From positions 2,688,001 through 2,752,000 of the forward strand of contig OZ243961.1 in the NCBI GenBank assembly GCA_965214605.1: 64,000 nucleotides of DNA. The letters run 5' to 3'. The notes under the pieces were generated by a model that made no database searches, was not told where the DNA came from, and saw only the letters and a program-made list of their open reading frames with translations. Below, piece after piece: positions 18,599 to 27,954 of the stretch (position 1 is the first letter of the stretch; each line of letters opens with the position of its first letter). The stretch comes from an uncultured Candidatus Binatia bacterium. GTDB lineage: Bacteria > Desulfobacterota > Binatia > Bin18. A program made the translations under genes and the position numbers.

Positions 18599-19117
18599 AT
18601 GCCAGCTAATATCATACTTACCGGCTTCATGGGGACTGGCAAAACCGAGGTCGGCAGGCAGCTGGCCAGGCAGCTGGGGTGGCTGTTTGTCGATACAGAC
18701 CTCGTTATCGAACAAGTATCCAATACCTCTATTCGACAGCTCTTTGCGGAAAAAGGAGAAGTCTATTTCCGTGAGCAAGAACGGCGGGTAATCGCCTGGG
18801 CGTGCCAACACCAGCGACATGTTATTGCCACTGGGGGCGGAGCGATTGTTGACCCGGTCAACGCCCAACGGCTCAAAAATAGCGGTCTGCTCGTGTGTTT
18901 GACCGCGACTCCTGAGGTTATTTTCTCTCGGGTACGGAGCAATACCGACCGTCCGCTCCTCCAGACCGAAGATCCACTGGCAACAATTCGGATCCTGATG
19001 GCAAGTCGGGATGGCGCCTATGCCAGGGCACAGATCACTATTGACACCTCGCAGCAGAGTGTGGAACAGGTTGTTGCAACAGTGCTGGACGCGTATCGCG
19101 ACTACGCCCGAGCCTAG
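18599..19117 (+). CDS. aroK: Shikimate kinase
   Basis: GFMGTGKT, DTD, GEVYFRE, ATGGG, RPLL. Confidence 0.97.
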   Translation: MPANIILTGFMGTGKTEVGRQLARQLGWLFVDTDLVIEQVSNTSIRQLFAEKGEVYFREQERRVIAWACQHQRHVIATGGGAIVDPVNAQRLKNSGLLVCLTATPEVIFSRVRSNTDRPLLQTEDPLATIRILMASRDGAYARAQITIDTSQQSVEQVVATVLDAYRDYARA

Positions 19118-19147
19118 GAGAAGAAGACAGGACGGTCGTCCGTCCCT

Positions 19148-20251
19148 GTGCCGATGGAGAGCATCACCGTTCATCTTGGCCAGCGTTCCTACCCGATCAT
19201 GATTGGGGCTGGAGTGCTGGCCCATCTTGGCCCACTGTTGGACGAGCAGGGCCTGACCGCCAAGCGCGTTGCGGTGGTGACCGATAGCAATGTCGCAGCG
19301 TATTACCGCGAGCCACTGCTGCATAGCCTGACCGGGGCGGGCTATGAGCCGTGGGTGATCGTGCTGCCGCCCGGTGAACAGCACAAAGATCTGGCGACCC
19401 TCTCCTTGGTGTACGACAAGCTGATTGAAGGACGGATCGAACGCCGTTGTCCGCTGATCGCTTTAGGCGGAGGGGTGATCGGTGACCTGACCGGATTTGC
19501 TGCCGCCACGTTTCAGCGCGGCGTCCCCTTTATTCAGGTGCCGACAACGCTGTTAGCCCAGATTGACGCCAGCGTGGGGGGGAAAACCGCGGTCAACCAT
19601 CCGGCCGGGAAAAATTTGATTGGGGCTTTCTATCAGCCGCGTTTGGTCCTCATTGATGTTGACACGCTCAAAACCCTGCCCCAACACGAGTTTGTGGCTG
19701 GGGTTGCGGAGGTGATCAAGTATGGGGCGATTCTGAGTCCAGACTTGTTCGTCCTCTTAGAGGAGCAGCTCGACCGCCTGCTCCACCTAGAGCCTGCGGT
19801 GTTGACCTCAATCATCCAGACCTGCTGTCAGCTCAAGGCGCAGGTGGTCGAAGCGGACGAGCAAGAAACAGATTTCCGGGCAATTCTCAACTTTGGGCAT
19901 ACGCTCGGCCACGCCGTCGAGAGTGCGACCGGGTATGGGCGGTTCTTGCACGGCGAGGCGGTTGCCATAGGTATGGCGTTTGCCGCCAAGCTGTCGCTCC
20001 AACGTGGCCTGTGTGAAGCGGCCACCCGTGACCGTCTCGTGCGCTTGATCAAACGGGCTGGTTTGCCGAGCGATATCCCGCCGGATATCGCTCAAGAGCA
20101 CCTGCATGCAGGTATCGGGGCGGACAAGAAGGTCTCGGCCGGCAAGGTCAAATTCGTGTGTCTTGAACAGCTCGGCAAAACTCGCTTTGAGTCGTTGAGC
20201 GCTACCGAAATTGTCCGTCATGTGTCCCATCCCCGCCTGTCCAGCCCGTGA
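19148..20251 (+). CDS. aroB: 3-dehydroquinate synthase
   Basis: ALGGGVIGDLTGF, PTTLLAQIDASVGGKT, LNFGHTLGHAVE, HGEAV. Confidence 0.98.
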   Translation: MPMESITVHLGQRSYPIMIGAGVLAHLGPLLDEQGLTAKRVAVVTDSNVAAYYREPLLHSLTGAGYEPWVIVLPPGEQHKDLATLSLVYDKLIEGRIERRCPLIALGGGVIGDLTGFAAATFQRGVPFIQVPTTLLAQIDASVGGKTAVNHPAGKNLIGAFYQPRLVLIDVDTLKTLPQHEFVAGVAEVIKYGAILSPDLFVLLEEQLDRLLHLEPAVLTSIIQTCCQLKAQVVEADEQETDFRAILNFGHTLGHAVESATGYGRFLHGEAVAIGMAFAAKLSLQRGLCEAATRDRLVRLIKRAGLPSDIPPDIAQEHLHAGIGADKKVSAGKVKFVCLEQLGKTRFESLSATEIVRHVSHPRLSSP

Positions 20252-20333
20252 TCTTCTAGCGGGCCGGATTATGCTTGATTACACAAACAAGACATTATAC
20301 CCTGAAACATACCACAGGCTGGGACGCGTACCT

Positions 20334-21077
20334 ATGGATTTCTTGAAGCACGCAGCGGTTTATCAGATAGGTCTTGCCCTCATGCTTTCGGGGTGCTCGT
20401 CGATGAGTGCCGCCACGGACACGAGGTCGAGTTCGAATGTGAGCCCTGGACCGCCCCCTTCCTCGGCCCAAACCCAACCGCCCGCTATCACCCAACCGGA
20501 ACTTCAGGTTGACCTCCAGGACGCTCCACCGCTGACCCGAGGAGAGAAAGTCAAGCGCATGGACCGAGCGCTCTCCCGTTCGCTCAATAAGTTTGATGCC
20601 CGCCGGAATGTCGCAGATCAGGGCGGCGGGCCTTCTTCTGCCACGGCCGGGAACGCGCAGGATGGTGTGGTCGATAAGGCCGCGGGGTCCGGTGACGGCG
20701 CGTTTCCCGAGGCTGGGGTGGGCGGGTCAATCGCCTCTTCCGACATATCGGGAACCGAGGTGACGTCGCAAGTTCCGGGTGGTCCAGCTGCGGGCTCAAC
20801 ACCGATCACCGACGTGACAGGGCTAGACCAGGCCTTGGGCATCCCGCCGCCCTTTGGCGGGACGGAGACGCCGGACAGGACCTCCACACAGATACTGCGT
20901 GGACGGACGCCGGTTCTTGGTAGTGGGAAGCTGCCGGAAGACATTCCTAGTGCCGACAACGACAGCGTCCTTGAGGCACAGATCCGTGCAGCGGCGATGC
21001 AGGAAAAAGATCCGCACCTGCGGGAACGCCTGTGGAACGAATATCGTCGATACAAGGGTCTCCCCACAAAAGAATAG
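20334..21077 (+). CDS. Lipoprotein, low-complexity body with conserved-looking C-terminal helix
   Basis: Lipobox LSGC; G/S/P-rich linker; PEDIPSADNDSVLEAQIRAAAMQEKDPHLRERLWNEYRRYK. Confidence 0.75.
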   Translation: MDFLKHAAVYQIGLALMLSGCSSMSAATDTRSSSNVSPGPPPSSAQTQPPAITQPELQVDLQDAPPLTRGEKVKRMDRALSRSLNKFDARRNVADQGGGPSSATAGNAQDGVVDKAAGSGDGAFPEAGVGGSIASSDISGTEVTSQVPGGPAAGSTPITDVTGLDQALGIPPPFGGTETPDRTSTQILRGRTPVLGSGKLPEDIPSADNDSVLEAQIRAAAMQEKDPHLRERLWNEYRRYKGLPTKE

Positions 21078-21097
21078 GCGGCGTACTGAGGGACCGA

Positions 21098-22306
21098 ATG
21101 GAGCTCGTAAAGAAGCTTGTCGTACACCTAGTGTGTGTTGCACTCGCCCTGTCAGGCTGCGCCGCAAACCCGGGATTGAGGTCGGGCCAGAACGTCGGAT
21201 CGCCCTCCTCCACCCTGGCTAACGTGCCCACGCCGGTGGATAAACCCAGACTGGACATTATCATTCCGGTATTTGATCCTGGGCTAGTGCAGGGCACCGT
21301 CGTTGACGGCGTGTGGCCGGAACTGCGCCGGGCCGAGGCCAATCGCTTTGCCCACAAGCTGAAGCTGGCCCTTGAAGAAAGCGGCGTCTTTGGGGCCGTC
21401 CGAGTCACCCCCGACGCGACCGCGACCGGTGACCTGTACGTGATGGGCAAGATTAAGGAATCGACCGGTGAGAGGATCGCAATCGACCTGCAGGTGCGAG
21501 ATATTGCCGGCACCCACTGGTTTAGCCAGTCCTTTGACCATGCAGTGGACAACAGTTTCCATAAAAATATCCGCAACCAGGGCAAAGACCCTTACGATCC
21601 AGTATTCAGGAGTGCCGCCCAGTATCTCGTTGAACAGCTCAAGCAGCGGCAGACCGCCTCCCTAGAACAGCTCAGAATGCTGACCGACCTCCGCTTTGGC
21701 GTGAGTCTGACCGAGGAAGCCTTCTCTGAGCATCTCGAACGAAAAGGCGACCGGTTTGTTCTCGCCAGTTATCCGAGCCGTGATGATCCCATGCTCCTGA
21801 GAACCAGGGCCATCCGCGTTCGCGATCAGCTTTTTATTGACGATCTGCAGGACCACTACCGGGTGTTCAACGATAAAATGAACGCCAGTTATCTGATCTG
21901 GCAGGAACAGAGCCTAGCCGAGGTCGAGGCCGAGAGAAAGACTAAGCGGAAAGCCCTCACCCAGGGGATTGCCGGCGCGCTGCTGCTCGGGCTTGGCGTT
22001 GCGGGTATCGCCATGGCTCCCCATGGTAACCTCGGCTCCGTGGCGACAACCGCCGGCTTGGCCAGTGGCGTCGCCGGGGCGGTCATGCTGGGGAAGAGCT
22101 TTCAGACCAGCAAAGAAGCCAAGGTCCACCGCGACGCGCTCAACGAGCTTGGCGAGTCCATTGATGTTGAACTTGCCCCTCAGGTCGTCGCATTTGAGAA
22201 AGACACCCAGAAACTGACCGGGACGGCCAAAGAACAGTTCGGGCAGTGGCGCGCCTTTCTCAAGAAAATCTACGAACAAGAGCGCACGCCGGAGGTGGGA
22301 CTCTAA
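21098..22306 (+). CDS. Lipoprotein of unknown function with glycine-zipper-like segment
   Basis: Lipobox LSGC; long ORF; GIAGALLLGLGVAGIA...AGLASGVAGAVMLG. Confidence 0.8.
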   Translation: MELVKKLVVHLVCVALALSGCAANPGLRSGQNVGSPSSTLANVPTPVDKPRLDIIIPVFDPGLVQGTVVDGVWPELRRAEANRFAHKLKLALEESGVFGAVRVTPDATATGDLYVMGKIKESTGERIAIDLQVRDIAGTHWFSQSFDHAVDNSFHKNIRNQGKDPYDPVFRSAAQYLVEQLKQRQTASLEQLRMLTDLRFGVSLTEEAFSEHLERKGDRFVLASYPSRDDPMLLRTRAIRVRDQLFIDDLQDHYRVFNDKMNASYLIWQEQSLAEVEAERKTKRKALTQGIAGALLLGLGVAGIAMAPHGNLGSVATTAGLASGVAGAVMLGKSFQTSKEAKVHRDALNELGESIDVELAPQVVAFEKDTQKLTGTAKEQFGQWRAFLKKIYEQERTPEVGL

Positions 22307-22358
22307 CAAGGTGAACGATGATGACTCCCTCATCAAGAAGAGACCATCGTTCACCTTG
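22307..22358 (+). repeat. Dispersed palindromic element (best-preserved copy)
   Basis: CAAGGTGAACGATG...CATCGTTCACCTTG perfect 14-bp stem; loop contains CAAGAAG; starts immediately after a stop codon. Confidence 0.85.
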
Positions 22359-22372
22359 CCCGGAGTACAGGA

Positions 22373-23848
22373 ATGCTGGATGAGCGGCTCAAAGGCGCGA
22401 GTCGGCAAGCGTGGAACAGACGGCTCAAGGGAGCCGCGATAGGAGTCATCGGAATATCAGGCCTTGGGCTGTTGTGGTTCGCGGAAGAAGGGTTTATGAA
22501 CCATGAGCCGTCGGGCAGGATCGACCTGTTTGCCCCCGATGTTTCGAGCAACACGTCTGAAATTCTCGGTGTGCTCCCCGATCCGGCAAGCAGTCCTCAG
22601 CTCGGGTTGCCACTCGACAGAGATCCCCGGGAACGCTTTAAGGAGGCCTTGAGCGAGTATCTCCGCGAGGTCGAACCGCTTATCTCTAGCCAGGCATTTG
22701 CACGCTGGGACGCGGTCGCCCAGCGCGATATAACAGCGATGAAGGAAGCCGCGTTGCGGGCCTTCGGCGAGGGAAGCCACGCCGACGCGCTCCTCCGGCT
22801 CGAAGCGCTGCTTGAAAAGGCGCGGGAGGCCGTGCGGCAACGTGAAGCGGCTTTCACGGCTGCACTTTCGGCTGCGGACGCCAGCCTCGGACAAGACAAC
22901 TACCATGACGCCAGTCTTCATGTCACCGAAGCTTTGCGCATCAAGCCGGAATCACCGGAGGCCCTCCGCCTGCACGCTAGGATCGAGCAATTACCAGACA
23001 TTTTGGTCCACTTAGAGGCGGCCCGGATAGCTGGGCTTGAGAACAATCCGCAGGCCGAACTGCAGTCCCTTGAAGAAGTCCTCCGGCGAGATCCAACCCG
23101 CTCGGCTGTCCGTACTCGTATGACTGCCCTGAGAACAGGCATTCAGGAGGAGCGCTACAGCCGTCATATCGCACGTGGGCTCGCCGCTCTAGAGAAGAGC
23201 GACCTTGCGAGTGCCCAGGCACAGCTCAACAAAGCGCGTCACTTGTTTCCGAAGCGGGCGGAAACCACCCTATTGGCCGGACAGGTGTTCGACCTCAATC
23301 AAGCGCTGCAGGTCGAACGTCTGCTCAACAGAGCGGGCACCGCCGTGGAGGCGGACGACTGGCCCTCAGCGCTTGACGCCTACCGGCAGGTGGAGGCTAT
23401 CCGGCCCGGAAACGCCTCGGCTGTCCAGGGCCGGCAGACTGCCGAGCGCCTCCTTGCCCTGCTCAGCACCGTCCAGACCCATCTCGGTGCTCCTCATCGG
23501 CTGTCGTCGCCAAACGTTGCGGCCCAGGCACAAGAGCTGATTGATCAGAGTAGGGAAGCCGGGCGTCTCAGCCCGCAATTAGCCGCCCGGGCTTTAGAAC
23601 TTCAACGGGCACTTGAGAGCTACTCCAGACAGGTCCCAGTCCGTATTGTTTCTGACGGAAAGACAAAAATATCGGTCAGGGGGGTCGGTCGGGTCGGGGC
23701 TGTCGTCTCGAAGCTTATCCATCTCAAGCCGGGCGCGTATAAATTCGAGGGCAGTCGGAGCGGGTATAAATCGGAAATCGTACAGGTTCAGGTCCCACCG
23801 GACGCGTTTGATGTTCGAGTTGAAATTGTTTGCGATGAACCGATTTGA
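22373..23848 (+). CDS. Membrane-anchored TPR-like alpha-helical protein with C-terminal beta domain
   Basis: N-terminal TM; A/L/E/R-rich helical repeats (ALRIKPES, ARHLFPKR, EAIRPGN); LKPGAYKFEGSRSGY. Confidence 0.75.
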   Translation: MLDERLKGASRQAWNRRLKGAAIGVIGISGLGLLWFAEEGFMNHEPSGRIDLFAPDVSSNTSEILGVLPDPASSPQLGLPLDRDPRERFKEALSEYLREVEPLISSQAFARWDAVAQRDITAMKEAALRAFGEGSHADALLRLEALLEKAREAVRQREAAFTAALSAADASLGQDNYHDASLHVTEALRIKPESPEALRLHARIEQLPDILVHLEAARIAGLENNPQAELQSLEEVLRRDPTRSAVRTRMTALRTGIQEERYSRHIARGLAALEKSDLASAQAQLNKARHLFPKRAETTLLAGQVFDLNQALQVERLLNRAGTAVEADDWPSALDAYRQVEAIRPGNASAVQGRQTAERLLALLSTVQTHLGAPHRLSSPNVAAQAQELIDQSREAGRLSPQLAARALELQRALESYSRQVPVRIVSDGKTKISVRGVGRVGAVVSKLIHLKPGAYKFEGSRSGYKSEIVQVQVPPDAFDVRVEIVCDEPI

Positions 23849-25865
23849 GCAACGTATTAAAAGTGCCCGACAATACCAACGCAGCCGTTACGGGATCATT
23901 GCACTTGCTCTGGCGTGCGGCATGCTGATTGTCGCGCTCACTGTTGTCTATGCGACCGGAACGTCCGTCAAGATCGCACCGGCGGACGCGGCCCAGACCG
24001 GCTCCGTTAACGTTGAGGACGGCATTGCGGTGGCCGTCTCAGGCGTGGTCTACGCCTTCAGTTCGAAGCCTGTGGTGGCTGTGAGCGCCCCTGGCTTTCG
24101 AACCGCCAACCGCCAGATTCAGCCCCATGAACGGGGCGGTGTGATCAGCGTTACCCTCCAGGAGCTACCCGGCCGCTTGATTGCTTCGAGCAGTCCGGCA
24201 GACGACGCTACCCGATGGTCTCTGAACGCCAACCAAGTGGCGACAAGTGCCCAATTTGAACGCGAACTCCTGCCGGGCGAATACCGGATTGGCGTCGATC
24301 ATCCCTACTATCAGACTACCGAGCAGCGTATCACTCTTGGCCGCGGCGAAGAACTCAAGCTCGACATTCCCCTCCAGGAAGTCGAGGGCGAGCTCTTTAT
24401 TCAGTCCTTGCCGACCGGAGCCTCGGTCACCCTCAACGACGTGCAGGCCGGGACAACGCCGTTCCGCCGCCGCCTAGCCGGCGGCAGGTATCAGATCGCC
24501 GTGTCGCTCGACGGGTATGCGCAGGTCTTGGAAAGCGTTGAGGTGACCAACGCCGCGGCGTCGGTCGAACGCTCCTATCGTCTTCGGCGGCCAACCGCGA
24601 CCTTGACCTTTGAGGTCAGTCCGCCGGGCGGGAATCTTCTTGTCAATGGGAAAAGGGTAAACCCTGCTCAGAGCTACGGCGTGCCGGCCAATACTCAGGT
24701 CGACGTCACCTATCTCAGCCCAGGCTATACCAGACTGACTCGCAAGGTGGTTGGTCAAGCGCGGCAAACCACCCGGGTGCAACTGCACTTACAGCCAGAG
24801 TTCGGTCGGGTAGACATCCGGTCCCGGCCTCAGTCCCACGTGTTCATCAATGGGACGGAAAAAGGGGTGACGCCGCTAAGCCTGAACCTGGCGACCAAAC
24901 CCCAAACACTCTCCCTCAGACGCGCGGGTCACCGGACGATTGAGCGGCGGGTCAAGCCGTCGAGCACTCACACGACGGTGATAGACGAAACCCTCGTGAC
25001 CGAGTTCGCGGCGCGTTTGGCAGAAGCGCCCAAGCAGTATACAAACTCTGCTGGCGTGCAATTAGTCCTGTTTCATCCGACCCGTTTCACCATGGGCGCC
25101 CCACGCCACCAGAAAGGCCAGCGGGCCAATGAGTTTGAGCGTCAGGTGGTCCTCACAAAACCCTTCTATGCGGGAAAATACGAGATCACAAACGCCGAGT
25201 TTCAGAAATTCAAACCGGACCACAACGGTGCTGCCAATTTGCCCGTGACTTCTGTGCACTGGATAGACGCGGGGATGTTTTGTAACTGGCTGAGCCAACA
25301 AGAAGGATTGTCGCCATTTTATCGTATCAAGAACGGAGCACTCCTCGGCATCAACGGGACGGCGGACGGGTATCGATTACTGACGGAAGCCGAATGGGAG
25401 TGGCTGGCGCGCCGAGCGGGGCGTAAAGCCAGCACTATTTTCCCATGGGGGGACGAGTCCATTCTGCCGCGTCAGACGGGGAACGTCGCCGATGAGAGCG
25501 CCCAGGGAAGCACTCGGTTCTACGTTCCGAATTACGTTGACGGGCATGCCGGCCTAGCTCCAGTCGGGAGTTTTCCAGCCGAGTCGTCCGGCCTTCACGA
25601 TCTGACCGGAAACGTCAGCGAATGGGTCCACGACTATTATACGATTGTGGCTGACCCGACGTCTGGAACCCCGACCGATCCGCTCGGCCCGGCCTTCGGC
25701 CGGTCGCACGTCATCAAGGGATCGAGTTGGCGGTCGGGCTCGCTGACACCCCTGCGCGCGGCGTATAGGGATGGCCTGCGCGAGGGACGTGATGATGTGG
25801 GATTCAGAATAGCCAGATATCTGTACGCACCTGAGGAAACATACACCCACCATGAACAACGATAA
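23835..25865 (+). CDS. TM + multiple PEGA domains + FGE-sulfatase (SUMF1-like) domain protein
   Basis: SLPTGASV...GTTP PEGA motifs; FTMG, YEITNAEF, YRLLTEAEWEW, GLHDLTGNVSEW, VGFRIAR. Confidence 0.9.
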   Translation: MNRFEQRIKSARQYQRSRYGIIALALACGMLIVALTVVYATGTSVKIAPADAAQTGSVNVEDGIAVAVSGVVYAFSSKPVVAVSAPGFRTANRQIQPHERGGVISVTLQELPGRLIASSSPADDATRWSLNANQVATSAQFERELLPGEYRIGVDHPYYQTTEQRITLGRGEELKLDIPLQEVEGELFIQSLPTGASVTLNDVQAGTTPFRRRLAGGRYQIAVSLDGYAQVLESVEVTNAAASVERSYRLRRPTATLTFEVSPPGGNLLVNGKRVNPAQSYGVPANTQVDVTYLSPGYTRLTRKVVGQARQTTRVQLHLQPEFGRVDIRSRPQSHVFINGTEKGVTPLSLNLATKPQTLSLRRAGHRTIERRVKPSSTHTTVIDETLVTEFAARLAEAPKQYTNSAGVQLVLFHPTRFTMGAPRHQKGQRANEFERQVVLTKPFYAGKYEITNAEFQKFKPDHNGAANLPVTSVHWIDAGMFCNWLSQQEGLSPFYRIKNGALLGINGTADGYRLLTEAEWEWLARRAGRKASTIFPWGDESILPRQTGNVADESAQGSTRFYVPNYVDGHAGLAPVGSFPAESSGLHDLTGNVSEWVHDYYTIVADPTSGTPTDPLGPAFGRSHVIKGSSWRSGSLTPLRAAYRDGLREGRDDVGFRIARYLYAPEETYTHHEQR

Positions 25866-25892
25866 TCACCCGAAGCGATCATCATCGTTTAC
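25852..25892 (+). repeat. Dispersed palindromic element copy forming the N-terminus of the small protein
   Basis: ATGAACAACGA-N19-TCATCGTTTAC, encodes MNNDNHPKRSSSFT. Confidence 0.55.
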
Positions 25893-26031
25893 TTTGAAGC
25901 CCAGCCGGCTTCTTGTCATCCTGGTTTTGGGGGTGTTGATAGGTGCCGGCTTGCTAGCGGTCGCCGTTGCCCAGTCGAACCGTACGGCGTTCAGTCTCAA
26001 TTCCTCGGCGTCGTTTCCGGTGGATATCTAA
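25852..26031 (+). CDS. Small 59-aa single-TM protein ending SFPVDI (below ORF-track cut-off)
   Basis: MNNDNHPKRSSSFTLKPSRLLVILVLGVLIGAGLLAVAVAQSNRTAFSLNSSASFPVDI; overlaps upstream stop and ends 1 nt before the next ATG. Confidence 0.75.
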   Translation: MNNDNHPKRSSSFTLKPSRLLVILVLGVLIGAGLLAVAVAQSNRTAFSLNSSASFPVDI

Positions 26032-26032
26032 T

Positions 26033-26887
26033 ATGACGAAAACCCTCTCGAATATCCTTGCCCTAGTCGTATCTGTGGTAGCCGTGCACGTGACCTATAT
26101 TGGCTACATCCGGCCGCAGGCGTCGCTGATTCTTGAGGCGTCAAGACAGACTGGCCAATCGGCCCCTCGCCACCTCCTCGTCATCCTCAAGGATTACGAG
26201 CAAGAGATTTGTCTCATCCTCATGCTGTGGGGCATGTTTCTCATCCTCGTCAAATGCCTGACCATCCTGAGAGAGCAGTACCTTTTTTCCGTTGATTTGC
26301 TCGAAGAATCCTCCGAAGAGCCCGATGAGGCAGACGACACCGATCCGGTCGAAGAACCCCTGGGAGAATTCCAGGGGTTGAGCAGCACCCTGAAAACGCT
26401 CGAAGCCTTGCCCCTTGATATCCGCGAAACGCCCCTGGTCAAGACCCTCATGACCAGTCTGCGCCGCTTCCTCATTACCCGGGATGTCCAAAACACGTCT
26501 GACGCTATTGAGTCCAGCGTCGAGGCGCTGGCGATGAAACAGGACGCCGAGAACTCCATGATTCGCTATCTTATCTGGGCGATCCCGTCGATCGGATTTA
26601 TCGGCACAGTGCGCGGTATTGGTCAGGCCCTGTCTCAGGCGGATCAGGCCCTTGCTGGCGACATCGCCGGCATGACCGAGAGTCTTGGCATCGCCTTCAA
26701 TTCTACCTTGGTGGCACTGCTGATCAGCATCGCCCTGATGTTCATGTTGCATCAGCTCCAACGGCTGCAAGATAATCTGGTTGTGGATACACAGGACTAC
26801 TGCGAGGCGTTCCTGCTCAATCGTATTAGCCAAAGTGGTGATGTTGCCCCCCAGATGAGGACATCACCACCGTTGTCGGTAGGTTGA
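26033..26887 (+). CDS. MotA/TolQ/ExbB proton channel family protein
   Basis: WAIPSIGFIGTVRGIGQAL and SLGIAFNSTLVALL TM motifs. Confidence 0.92.
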   Translation: MTKTLSNILALVVSVVAVHVTYIGYIRPQASLILEASRQTGQSAPRHLLVILKDYEQEICLILMLWGMFLILVKCLTILREQYLFSVDLLEESSEEPDEADDTDPVEEPLGEFQGLSSTLKTLEALPLDIRETPLVKTLMTSLRRFLITRDVQNTSDAIESSVEALAMKQDAENSMIRYLIWAIPSIGFIGTVRGIGQALSQADQALAGDIAGMTESLGIAFNSTLVALLISIALMFMLHQLQRLQDNLVVDTQDYCEAFLLNRISQSGDVAPQMRTSPPLSVG

Positions 26888-27954
26888 AACTGAAACGGCG
26901 CCGTATTACACAGGGCTTCAATATCGCCTTCCTGGACATTATGTCCTGCGGGTTGGGTGCCATTGTGCTCGTGTTTATGCTTGTCAAGGACAACGTGGAG
27001 ACAGCCGCGCCCGAGGCCACCCTGTTAGAGGCTGACCTGAGCCGCCTTGAGCAACTCCACCGGCAACTCCGCCGCACTATAGAGGAAGTCCGCGATCAGA
27101 GCAGTGCCGCGGACAGCCGTATTCAGTCCATCTCCCAGGACCTGTCGCGGCTGCAACAAGAGGCTGACGGGATCCGCGAGGCGGCGGAGACTAAACGAGA
27201 GCGGCTCACGGCCCTCGAAGAGACGATTAAACAAACGAATATTGCCACCAAATCGGACATGGTCGAAATTCCCAAGGCTGGCCAGGAGACTTACCTCATC
27301 GGCCTCAGGGTCGAAGGTCGGAAAATCGGCCTGCTCATTGATACGAGTGCCTCAATGACCGACGAAACCCTTCTGTCAGTCATTCGTCGAAAAAATTCTT
27401 CAGATCTTGAAAGAAAAGCCGGTCCAAAGTGGCGTCGAACAAGGGACATTATCGGCTGGCTGCTGGCCCGCCTGCCGAGTCAGTCGGAAGTCAGTGCCGT
27501 GACCTACAATGACAAGGCCCGACATTTGGGCGGATCACACTGGAAACCGAGCCGCGACCCAAGCAGCCTAGAGGGCATCCTGCGCGATCTCGAGGCGGTT
27601 GTCCCCTCGGGACCGACCAATCTCCAGGTCGGTCTCAAAGCCATGTACGCAATGGGCCCCACCAATCTGTACGTCGTCACCGATGGGCTCCCGACGCAGG
27701 GGAGCGCGGGCTACAAAAGCCTCAATCCGTTTGCCGCCTGTAGCTCACTGTGGGGCCTGTCTAACACGATATCCGGCGATTGCCGGGCCAGACTCTTTCG
27801 GCATACGATTCAAGAGACTTGGCCGACGGACAGCCTGCCGGTCAACGTCATTCTCCTGCCCATTGAGGGCGACCCAGGAGCGGCGGCCGAGTACTGGCTG
27901 TGGACGGCCACCTCGGGCGGTTTACTTATCACTCCTGCGGAGACCTGGCCATGA
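26884..27954 (+). CDS. vWA-domain protein with N-terminal Asp-bearing TM and coiled coil
   Basis: FNIAFLDIMSCGLGAIVLVFML; coiled coil; MIDAS LIDTSAS; VVTDGLP. Confidence 0.88.
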   Translation: MKLKRRRITQGFNIAFLDIMSCGLGAIVLVFMLVKDNVETAAPEATLLEADLSRLEQLHRQLRRTIEEVRDQSSAADSRIQSISQDLSRLQQEADGIREAAETKRERLTALEETIKQTNIATKSDMVEIPKAGQETYLIGLRVEGRKIGLLIDTSASMTDETLLSVIRRKNSSDLERKAGPKWRRTRDIIGWLLARLPSQSEVSAVTYNDKARHLGGSHWKPSRDPSSLEGILRDLEAVVPSGPTNLQVGLKAMYAMGPTNLYVVTDGLPTQGSAGYKSLNPFAACSSLWGLSNTISGDCRARLFRHTIQETWPTDSLPVNVILLPIEGDPGAAAEYWLWTATSGGLLITPAETWP

